Translations under genes and position numbers: made by a program
DNA from: Balanoglossus misakiensis
Lineage: Eukaryota; Animalia; Hemichordata
Assembly (NCBI GenBank): GCA_040954595.2
Contig: CM082598.2
Coordinates: forward strand, 2,418,001 to 2,482,000
Reading direction: 5' to 3'
DNA length: 64,000 nt
The notes under the pieces: generated by a model
The model's input: the letters and a program-made list of their open reading frames with translations, nothing else
Told to the model about the DNA's origin: nothing
The model's database searches: none
Part shown: positions 39,282-49,884 of the stretch, in pieces
How positions within the stretch are numbered: position 1 is the first letter of the stretch
How the letters are laid out: the number at the start of each line of letters is the position of its first letter

Positions 39282-40600
39282 CAAATGTTTGGTGTATATT
39301 TATGTATGTTGGAATCTTGTAATAGAATTGACAAACACAGGCATATCATATGAGCTCTCACATGACCCGACTTTTCGCAAAATAAAACCACAAGTACCTA
39401 TATTACTACATCTTGGTTGCCTGAATATCTATATGTTAGCGAGAACATTGATGTACTGGTCTCCCAATTGGCTATAAACAGCCTTCAAAGCTAACCTACC
39501 CTAGTGTGCTAATCCCAAAGGGTGTTTCAAGGTCTTCTTCTGCTCATTCTCAAGGTGTTAAGCTGCTTGAGTTATCTCTTGAGAGTTTCATTCCATCTAT
39601 GGCATTAATATGTAGTATGTCCAAGTTCATGATGCAGTCGAAAAACCTCCACATTTCATGTTACCTGGTGGGAAGAATTATTGAAATATTGTGTTAATTT
39701 AACATCTAGATTTATCATTCATTCAATGATTCAATGATGGTTTTAAGCATAAAAAGAAACAGGACGATGAGGACCTTGCTTCTGCTCGTCATGACACAGA
39801 GCACTTTCTGGGTGGTCACGACAGCTTGCATGAAATTATAAGATAAATGATTATACGGGCAGGTGTTTAGTCCACTTTCTCAATTCAAACAGATATTTTC
39901 CTGTGTCAAGGGAACAGCAATATCTAGTGAATGTTAACTGTTGTTATTTAGCAATAAATTTTTTACAACTTTTGCAATAAATTTTGAAGTTGGTTCTGTT
40001 GGGTTAATATATCATATTCGTTTTTGAAATACATCATGACACAGATGGGCCACACCCATTCTTTTATAAATAAACGGTCGAGTGATAGCGAACAAACGCT
40101 CACGACCCAAGATATACATGGCCCTACAGGAAATGACTCTGTTATCTTTCTTGACCTAAGAGACTCTTAATTCGAACCACAAATAAATGTATCATTAATT
40201 AGCGACTCAACAATACATCTGTCATGGCATATTGAGAGGCAATGAATTTTGACAACAGATATTATACAGCAGATTCCCTTCTAGAAAAAAGCCATGGTAC
40301 TTACTCAATAACTTAATCAATCAACCATTTCTAAAGTATTTTGGTAGACATATGTAATGTCGAAAATACCAGTACTAAAGCGTATGAGAACTGTGCACAC
40401 ATGAAATATTGCATATATAAGAAAGGTCATCTAATATATAAATACATTATTCTGAATACATTAACCCGACCAGCGACCCATCAGATTATATACATGCAGG
40501 ATTGCACTCAGCTGTTTCCAGTTACACTCAGCGAGTTTCATACGAACAAGGCAAAAGAAGTAGACAACACGATTTGAAACTACTACGAACCGTTACAAAG

Positions 40601-40700
40601 ATGGTCGCATGCATAAAAAGAAATACAGCGATGAGGACATCGCTTTGTCTCGTCAGCGCAAAGAGCATTTACTTGTTGGTCATGGCAGCTTGGTTATCAG
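40601..40700 (+). CDS. Gene C exon 1 (MVACIKRNTAMRTSLCLVSAKSIYLLVMAAWLS)
   Basis: Signal-like peptide, phase-1 donor TCAG|GTTAGT. Confidence 0.78.
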
Positions 40701-43700
40701 GTTAGTCGTTGCTTAAACGTTATATGAAATGCATGAAACACGTGTCTAAAATTAAAGACGAATACCTTTGAATTACTAGTACGAGTATTAGTATATCAGT
40801 ATCATAGTCTGGTACACAGGTGACAATGATACATCATTGTAGACATACCAGTAAAAAGCAACAACTGGATGCACTGCCATACATATTTAAAAACTTGGGA
40901 CTAATGCGGGCAAAATGTTGGATGTTAATTTTAACACCAAATTCTAATGAATTTCATGGTGGCGTGAATGTTGAATTCCAACAACATGGACCCATGATGA
41001 CGGACCCACATTTGAGTGTTATGACACATAGAAATGCGTAGCAAGATAATGTGATATTATAAAAAAAAACATGTAGTGCAAATTTTGCACACCATAATCA
41101 AAATACAACCAAACCCCCTCCCCCAAATGCAAAATTGCATTAACTGTGTGCATGCTTTAATTATCCTCGGCCCCTTATGCTGACGTGTTTGTTATTTCTT
41201 TATAATTAGACGCTGCAATGTTAATGGAAGATGACTTGTTCCATCATATTTTGGACAACTACTCAGTTCTGGCTCGTCCACCACACAACGAAATGTCCGC
41301 AGTTGATGTCACATGTCGCCTATCCTTAACACAACTTTTTGAAGTGGTAAAAATAGATCATTTTCCGAATAGCAAGGAATTTTAACTGAATTTTAGGTGG
41401 ATTGTATGATCAATGATCATTTTCTATGTTTTGAAACCAGATGTCACAGTTCATCTGCCTTGATGAAAATCTCAATTAGAGCATGCAGTGCGTTGATGTA
41501 TATAGAAACTAATGATCAGTATTCCCATGGCCTTTGATAATTTGCATATTCGAAGAAATGTAGCGATTAGTCTAGACCAACCCAAATTGTTGCAGAACCA
41601 ATTTTCATGAAACAAGACAAGGAACAGATATCAAATCATCAAACTATCTGCATACATTCAAGATATTCAACTAATTTTGCATCATGTATTCAACACCTAG
41701 GAAGAAAAATCGCAAGTAATAATTTCAAGCATATGGATGTACCAGGTAACCATAGAAACTTTCCTAACTTAGTTAAAGTGGAACGACACCCTCAATTTTG
41801 GGCTTCAAAGTACAAACCGGGTGTCAAAAACGGCAACGTTCCGATGGGTTAATTCACTTTCACTTCCTGCGCAAGCAGAAGACGCGCGTTGAAAATACTA
41901 CAGTGACGTCAGCAACTTACACGTTCGACGTGTCATTTCCAATAAACAGATACATTTTGCGCGGATCTGACATGGCGAAATGTCAAGTTCATGATTTTAA
42001 AAACATATTCGGAAAATCGACGGGATAAGTTTCTTTCAAAGGCAATGCTCTTCGTGTATTGTATTTGTCGATGCGTGCAGACATAGACCCTGCAATGTCC
42101 ATGATGCCATGCATGTCGACGTTTATGAACAAACCGTAAGGCCTATACAAAGTTGTTCTAACTGCCGCTGATAATAATAAACGTACCATTTTAAATCCTT
42201 CCTGCACGTTTTTTGGTACACGTATTTGGGTTTAATTTCCATTTATTGACGATCGCATAGTTATCAAATGAAAGCAACTAAAAAGGGCAGTTTTAATACA
42301 TTTCAAGAGACGAAACATGCATACAATAACTATAGTATTGGCTTCCATTATACTACGGACGTACTACACCTGGAGAGCAGGACGATGCACCTGCGTTCTT
42401 TTCAACTCCATAAAAGGTGACTAAGTATTTTTGTAAGAAAAGTGGTTCGAAAAGGTGACAACGAGGGAGAGACAACGAGGGAGGGTATTGTTTAATTGCA
42501 GCATTGTCTGTTTCACCATAGACTCTAGGGTCTATGGTTTCACTGAAACCACACCAAGTGTAAGCCTTGACAAACGGGACACATCGGAGATCAGAACTGC
42601 ATGAACTTTTGTCCTCTGTAAAATTCAGTCGCTTGGTCGTAGAAGGGAATCTCTGGTTCAAAATTGTAGCCCACTACCCGAGAATATGTTGCCATGCTAA
42701 CGTCGTCGGTCGCGTGAGTGCAGGCGTGTATAAGCATAAGCTCGCTCCACCGCGTCGGCAGCGGACAACGGTACCACAAGTTGCTGACGTCACTCACTTC
42801 CGGGTTCGCGCAGTTTTTTGCTGACTGTAGCTCTGTTATGCGTAAGTGAAAGTGAATGAAACCAACGTTTTTCATAGTACTTTTTAATCGCATTTCGCAG
42901 AATTGGCTCAAAAACGGATCACAACGTTCCACTTTAAAGTATACCATGAAACCCTACTATTTTCGAACTGACTGCTATGATATGAACACTGCGACATGTC
43001 CTCCATTTTAAAAGCATTCACGCTACCCCAGTTCACGTAAAACAGTCATAAATTATCCTGACGTTCTTTCCACGGTGCCATGAGCAGCAAATATCTAATT
43101 ATTTCCTTAATATGTTCACCATGATTAACTCGAGAATTTAATCTTGGGAGACTAACTTAATCAAGTTCATGCCTATAATTGCAATTTAGAAGTTCCCCAA
43201 AATTAATGCAAATATTATCTTTCATTTTGTATATTTTGTACTCATGTACCCGTACATGACTATCTTTCACTTTGTACTTGACAACATGCCTTCATTTATT
43301 CTACTGCCTATTTCATTTTTATATGCAATCATTTTTTTTTTAATTCCAGTCCTGGATAGATCAACGGCTGACTTGGAATGAGGATACTTATGGTGGTCTG
43401 AAGTCGATAGCAATTCCAGTCGAGAAAATATGGGTTCCCGACGTTGCCTTAATGAATACGTGAGTATGACTGCTTTTCGCTCTATTTTTTATCAAGGATG
43501 TACGCATACTATCTTAAGTAAACCGATTCGATTAGATGCTTACTGACAGGTTTGACAAAAAAAAGTTAACATATTTCTTGATGTTTGATGATTTCTGAAA
43601 TGTATACATTCTATCTCTCCAGCGCTGACGGTGAATTCATAAATTATCCTCGGGTTCATTTATCTGGCCTGACCGTGACTGTTACCAGTAGAGGCAATGT

Positions 43701-45119
43701 TACCAAGGTTACACCAATGGTATCACACACACCCTGTCTGATGGACATCCTATATTTTCCAGTCGACGCACAGTCATGTACCCTGGAGTTTGGTCTGTGG
43801 GCGAGCACCGACTCACTGGTGCGTCTACGCGCAAACAACGACATTGTTTCACAGGAGAATTACATCGACAATGTTCAATGGGACATCGTCTCTTCGCGAT
43901 TTGAAGAAAACACAAAAACGTTCCTCGGAGTCGAAGATACATTCACAACTGTCGTAGCTACCATCAACATCAAAAGAAAACCTCTTTATTACATTATAAA
44001 CCTGATAGCTCCTTGCATTTTGGTTTCCTTTCTCACCACTATCACTTTCTGTCTGCCCATGACATCACCAGACAAGATTAATTTAAGTGTATCTCTCTTG
44101 CTGACCATCTACATCTTCAATTTGCTGGTAGCTGATCTGTTGCCGGCAACGTCTACTCAGGTGCCATTTTTAACTGTGTACTTGATGTTCAATATGTATT
44201 TAATAGCTGCATCACTTTGCATGTCAGTTTTGTTCAACCGAATCTATGAAACGTGCAATGAATCGCGTTACCCTGTTCCCAGGTGGGCCAGGAGGCTGTT
44301 GCTTGGGTGGGCAGCAAGTGCGCTCATGATGAAAAGTGCTTCTGTGAAAAACAAAGGTGACACAGGCAGTTCGTGCTCGCCTGTTGGAACTGGTTCGCAT
44401 GATGTTGGCGTGTGCTTCGACAATAGATGCAGTTTGACCAAGTATGTGATCGATAAAGGCAATGGTCCTACAAGGAATAAACTCTCCACTTCCCAAATCA
44501 TTGGTAACAATAAGCATTCCATGTTTAAATTTAGAAATGATAAGGTAGTCAAGTGCAGAACACGACGACGACAGGTGTTAACAGCCGTGCAGCCCAAACA
44601 CAACGATGAAAAGTATCGTCTGGCAATACTTAAGAGACTGGACTCAATGGCATCATGTATGGAAAGACTATTGAACATTGTGTCTCCCAAACAACAACAG
44701 GACGACAAGGTAGGTGCTAAAACTGAAGCAAAAAAGTCATTGTGTGAACGGCGCTGGTTGTATTAAATGCTAAGAGTGACATCTAACAACTCAGTTGAAA
44801 CAGAGTGTCATACCGGTACATATCTTGATGGTTACATATCCTACGTAATGTATTCAATGGAAGACAACAATATGACTTCCACGATTATATGGACTGTGTG
44901 GCAAACATGATTGATTCGTACACTTTTCGACATTTTATCCCATTTGCCACTTGCGAATTCCAGTTCCATATTTTGTGATAAAGTCATTTTAATTTTGCTC
45001 TTTTTCAGATCAGGGAAGAGTGGATGACTTTGGCATCAGTTGTGGATCGAATTTTCCTCATTCTGTTCTCCGTCATTGCCTTGCTCGGTTCTGCTATTAT
45101 ATTAACAAAAATAATGTAA
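40601..45119 (+). CDS. Gene C: divergent nAChR-like (non-alpha) subunit, 6 exons, ~529 aa
   Basis: Exons 40601-40700, 41210-41346, 41701-41745, 43350-43459, 43623-44709, 45009-45119, in frame (1590 nt). Cys-loop CLMDILYFPVDAQSC, M2 PDKINLSVSLLLTIYIFNLLVAD. Confidence 0.93.
41210..41346 (+). CDS. Gene C exon 2
   Basis: aattAG / GTAAAA; encodes EDDLFHHILDNYSVLARPPHN...LTQLFEV. Confidence 0.9.
41701..41745 (+). CDS. Gene C exon 3 (EEKSQVIISSIWMYQ)
   Basis: 45 nt, cctAG / GTAACC. Confidence 0.9.
41773..42937. mobile_element. Non-autonomous Kolobok-like DNA transposon (~1157 bp) in gene C intron 3
   Basis: TTAA|AGTGGAACG... at 41773 and ...CGTTCCACT|TTAA ending at 42937, with weaker subterminal similarity (TC..TTTTG.GC). 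TTAA target duplication plus AG..CT termini fit Kolobok. Interior is CpG-richer than its flanks. The equivalent introns in B and D are only 255 and 174 bp. Confidence 0.7.
43350..43459 (+). CDS. Gene C exon 4 (SWIDQRLTW...KIWVPDVALMN)
   Basis: 110 nt, ttccAG / GTGAGT. Confidence 0.92.
43623..44709 (+). CDS. Gene C exon 5
   Basis: ctctccAG / AAG|GTAGGT; overlaps the 393-aa ORF. Confidence 0.93.
45009..45119 (+). CDS. Gene C exon 6 (M4: IREEWMTLASVVDRIFLILFSVIALLGSAIILTKIM*)
   Basis: tttcAG acceptor, TAA stop. Confidence 0.93.
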   Translation: MREEWMTLASVVDRIFLILFSVIALLGSAIILTKIM

Positions 45120-46307
45120 CGAAGACATCTATGCATGCAGCTATTGTTTGCATTCGATGCCGTCGTTAACACCGTAACAGTAATACTTACCATTGGAATA
45201 TACGGAATCTTGTTCTCCTTCACTAAGTATTTGGATGGAACGTGATGTCACCATACTTAATACAAACTCAGCTGCCTTCCACCTTTATTAGCTCCATTTG
45301 GGAACATCTTAAGATATATCTTCACCATAAAGCTGTCACTGCCAGTTGGTGCACTCATCTTGGTATTTAAAATCATGACTGCAAAACAATGAGAACAAAT
45401 GTAGCTTTATTAAACGATTTATCATTAGTAGAACTTTGTTTCACTTTTCTGTTGTGTACATGTCATAGTTTCGTCATCTTAGCAGTCTCATCTGCAGTGC
45501 AAAGTTGGGTGAGAAAGGACATGAAACTCTCTGTTAACTCTTTGATAATGTCCTCCTGTAGTTATTTGGCATTTTCCTGATATAGTTCTCCAATTGACGG
45601 TGTCATTGGAAGCATACAACTGTAGTGGACATAAAACGACTGTGTCAAGAGGGCTTATACCTTCAACATTTCCCAACTATCAGTCATGACTAGACTTATC
45701 TCTAGGGTTAGGGTAAATATTCAGTGAATTAATATCTAGGGGGTAACTGGACACTTAGTCGGATGCACTGCAGCTTCAAGGAGATATGCAAGTAGGCCAG
45801 GATTGGCCAACTCATGTAACTTTGAAGAAACATATCTCTAATAAAGTGTTGATTGATTAACTGACTCTCTGATTGATCTATAGTATATCCATTATTGTTA
45901 ATTGCGAATAATTTAATAAAATATTCATGCCAATGGATGTGACAATAGAACTTGCATATCAGCAATATTGGTTCAAATGCAACATGTGTGATTTATGGAC
46001 CAGCCCCACTGTCTGATTCTGAAAACACTGTTGGGACTAATTAACAATACGCCCTCAGATGACCGCAAACTGCATTCGTGACATGCACAGCTGGCTGTTA
46101 GATAGAGCAATTACAGACTTTAAATATGTCACATATATCATTATATTTCGCACCCATGATTAACCCACAGTGTCACGTGCACAAGGCGACACACACACAC
46201 ACCATGATAGCTGCCGCATAAGTCTTCTAACGTCAACATTGAGCGTCCATCATTTTATTTGAGAGGAGCGAAAATAGATACCACATTTCAACAACAGCAA
46301 TACCAGG

Positions 46308-46410
46308 ATGAAAGCATCAGGGGCCAACGGAAACACAGAGACGAGAATAACAATTATGCGCCTCATTGTCATGCACTGCATTATCATCACTGTGTCTAGG
46401 TGCCTCTCAG
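46308..46410 (+). CDS. Gene D exon 1 (MKASGANGNTETRITIMRLIVMHCIIITVSRCLS)
   Basis: ATG in CAGGATG context, hydrophobic core, phase-1 donor TCAG|GTTTGT; ends in LS like gene C exon 1. Confidence 0.75.
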
Positions 46411-49400
46411 GTTTGTTGGTCTTTTTGCTTCACAATTTTTGTCTTCTGGTTTCTAGGTATCTGATGTAAAACACTTACTCTCCTTTGCAGAAAACAATTC
46501 ATTGAGTGTTTTGTATCATAATTATAAAATCACTTGGGTATATAGCTATATAATCATTCTCAAATTTTTGGGTTTACAAAACTGCATGCATGGTGACCAA
46601 TATTTTTCCTTGTATTATTCATGTTATCTAAATTTACTAAATTTAGATAACATATGCTCTCATCCAACACGTCGAAAATAGTCCACCTATATGGCTGTAG
46701 TGTAATTACTTTCATGGGCTATATATAAACGGCACAGATGAACAAGCACACTAGTGCTTGCCATAACAGTTCATTACAGTATTCACTTACTAAGCTTTTA
46801 GTAGTAATGGTGATCAATCAATTAAATACACTTAATTGACCTATTACTGTCGGCTTCATTTGTTACCAGCCCTGTCAATTCTCAGCCCTTACAGTAATCT
46901 CCACACATCTGTTACATCCATTGTCACACCTATGTCATCAAGTTACCTGAGCCTCGTCATCCCAGCCCTTAAACACCCCCAAATTACAATATAAACCAAA
47001 GGATTTTTATCATATTTCCTGGTTAATTACTTTGATATACTGTATTATTTGGAAAAGTCTGCCTGAACAGCTAGAACAATGCAGATGGCACATGGCCAGT
47101 TAAGACAACCATCCCTTTCTAACCCTTTCACCACCATGGTTTCTATTAAATACTATAATTGTATTCTTATTCTGTGCCAAATGTGGACCACTATACATGG
47201 AAGCCAGTCGGAAGTTTTATTCTGCCAGAACTAACTTATCAGAAACGTTTCTTCCCCCAGTAGATGCAGCAGTATTAACAGAGGAAGACTTGTTTCACCA
47301 TCTGTTCGACAACTACTCTGTTCTGGCTCGTCCTCCACACAACAGGAACACCACAGTTGATATCTTTTGTCAATTATCAATTACACAACTCATCGAAGTG
47401 GTAAGCAATTGTTTCTATGGATGATTTACAAATCAATACAATATATGACAATAATCACATGACCGGAAGTAAACACAGTGTAAAGTGGCTTCATAACATT
47501 TAATTTTTTCTTATTTAGGAGGAAAAATCTCAAATAATAAAAGCAAGCATATGGCTGTACCAGGTAAGACAATTAAGTTCTAGCTGCACAATTACTGTAT
47601 ATTCATGCGAGAGTTATCAAAGTAAGTTGACAAAGCTTTGCTAGGCTGCAATAGTTCTATATCAATGGTCTGCCAAATTCGTTACGTATTATGCCAAATT
47701 TGTAATGTGTTACATGTTTATTGTCCGCTTATAACAGTCATGGCTAGATCAAAGGCTAATCTGGGATGAAGATGTTTATGGTGGCTTAAGTATGGTTGCG
47801 GTTCCAGTCGAGAAAATATGGGTCCCGGACACATCTCTTTGGAACAGGTAAATGTCTATGTAAAACTGAAACATTTTTTAATTGAATTTAGTGAAAACAT
47901 ATTGAGGATTGAGAGTGGATAATGATTATATTGTAAGTGATCAACTATTTTAGAATTATTTATAAGTATGACTAATTACTACAATGCGGTTAAATATGTT
48001 TCTCTTCTATTTAATTCATCCAGCGCTCATGATGAATTTGGTAGCTATCCCAGGGTTCATCTATCTGGCTTGACAGTGACCATCACCAGTTCTGGTAACG
48101 TTACCAAGGTAACACCGATGGTATCACAAACCCCGTGTTTGATGGATATCCTTCATTTTCCTGTCGACGTTCAATCGTGCAGCCTGGAGTTCGGTATGTG
48201 GGCGAGCACTGATTCCTTGGTGCGGATACGCGCAGCCAGCAATGTCGTTGCGAAGGAGAATTACATAGCGAATGTTCAATGGGATATCGTCTCTTCGCGA
48301 TTCGAAGAAATCACAAAGGAGTTCCTCGCAGTTGAGGATACCTTCACAAGCATCATTGCCACCATAGATATTAAAAGGAAACCACTGTACTATATCGTTA
48401 ATTTGATTGTTCCCTGCATATTGGTTTCTTTTCTCACCGTGGTCACGTTCTGTTTGCCGATGACGTCACCGGACAAGATCAACCTGAGTGTATCTCTTTT
48501 GTTAACCATCTACATATTCAACTTGCTTGTCGCCGATCTCTTGCCTGCAACGTCAACTCAGATGCCATTCCTGACATTATATCTTATGTTCAACATGTGT
48601 TTGATCGCGCTTTCTGTTGGTCTGACGGTCCTGTTTAACCGAATATACATTAAATGCAAGGAGTCGCCATCACCTGTTCCGCGATTGGCCAGGCGACTTT
48701 TGCTTGGCTGCGTAGCGAAAGCGCTTATGGTAGAAAACAATTTCGCGAAGAAGAAAGTTAAGGAAAACGGTCACTGCCCTTCAGTGGTGGCTGACCCACT
48801 CCATGTGAGTGACTGTTTCAAGGAAAATCATGCAGTCTGTAAACCGTTTCAAGGAAAACTTTTAACGTCTTCAAGAAAAGAATCCATATCCCAAATCGAC
48901 GGTAGCATAAAGAGTTCCATGTCCAGTTTAAGAACCGACCGGATAGCCAAGTATAAAAGGCGACGACGGCACATCTTTGTGACTGTAAACGACCGCAGTG
49001 TTGACAACTATCGCCTTGAAGTACTCCAGAAATTGGATTCAATGGTTTCCTGTACCAATAGAATGTTACGGATTATGTCTCCGAAGCAGCAGCCAGATGA
49101 AAAGGTTAGTTAAAACAGTGTTCAGAAAAAAGTGTGGTTGACAGAATTTGTAGAGAAACAAATCATTGCCGAGGAATCAGCTAAAACTAAGTCCTTTAAA
49201 CATGTTAAAAGAGTCTTTAATTGTGATCATATGAATTCACAAAAGGAACAGGGAAACATGTGAGGATTTAAGTGGACCTCTTGTGACACAGAAACATGAT
49301 AGTGAATCACAATAGCTTTTTAGTGTGTATGCGTCACCCCCAATATATTTTGACATCTTGCATTAATATACATGTAGCCTAAAAATACATAATCCCTTTA

Positions 49401-49551
49401 ATTTATTATAATGAGGCATTTATGTCTGTTCTTTTTACAGATCAGAGATGACTGGATGACCTTGGCAACAGTTGTGGACCGGATTTTCCTGATTTTGTTT
49501 TCTGTCACTTCTGTGGTTGGTTCTGCCATTATATTAACAAAAATCACTTAA
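46308..49551 (+). CDS. Gene D: divergent nAChR-like (non-alpha) subunit, closest paralog of C, 6 exons, ~529 aa
   Basis: Exons 46308-46410, 47261-47400, 47519-47563, 47738-47847, 48024-49104, 49441-49551, in frame (1590 nt). Cys-loop CLMDILHFPVDVQSC. M2 identical to gene C. Confidence 0.93.
47261..47400 (+). CDS. Gene D exon 2
   Basis: cccCAG(TAG) acceptor / GTAAGC; encodes EEDLFHHLFDNYSVLARPPHN...TQLIEV. Confidence 0.9.
47519..47563 (+). CDS. Gene D exon 3 (EEKSQIIKASIWLYQ)
   Basis: 45 nt, tttAG / GTAAGA. Confidence 0.92.
47738..47847 (+). CDS. Gene D exon 4 (SWLDQRLIW...KIWVPDTSLWN)
   Basis: 110 nt, aacAG / GTAAAT. Confidence 0.92.
48024..49104 (+). CDS. Gene D exon 5
   Basis: catccAG / AAG|GTTAGT; overlaps the 381-aa ORF. 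Confidence 0.93.
49441..49551 (+). CDS. Gene D exon 6 (M4: IRDDWMTLATVVDRIFLILFSVTSVVGSAIILTKIT*)
   Basis: ttttacAG acceptor, TAA stop. Confidence 0.93.
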   Translation: MRDDWMTLATVVDRIFLILFSVTSVVGSAIILTKIT

Positions 49552-49865
49552 ATGATAAGCTTATACACACACACACACAAACAAACAATACATATAGATT
49601 CATATTGTTTGGAATGACGGCTTTAGAATCATACTATTGTCTCACATAAAATAATGTCTGATACTTGATCATTACCAATCAAAGCAAGCTAATTTCCAGG
49701 TCAAAGAACGCTTGCATGATAATTTTGCCCGATTATAATATTCGCATGTCGGCATTCAGTTAGAGCGCCCGCTATTCATATTATTGGAGTTTGTTTGATT
49801 GCTACATATATGCTGGTTTAGTTGAAATGATGTCTCAATTATATACCCTTGACGTAAAGCGGAAA

Positions 49866-49884
49866 CAGCGCCACCTATTGACAA
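49866..49884 (-). promoter_or_regulatory. CTCF-like motif
   Basis: Minus strand TTGTCAATAGGTGGCGCTG versus consensus CCASYAGRKGGCRSY. Confidence 0.35.

Noticed and set aside
40430-40470. Shared ATTAACCC ~140-150 bp upstream of the ATGs of C and D as a conserved promoter element
   Set aside because: An 8-bp AT-rich match with little flanking alignment, not distinguishable from chance by eye.
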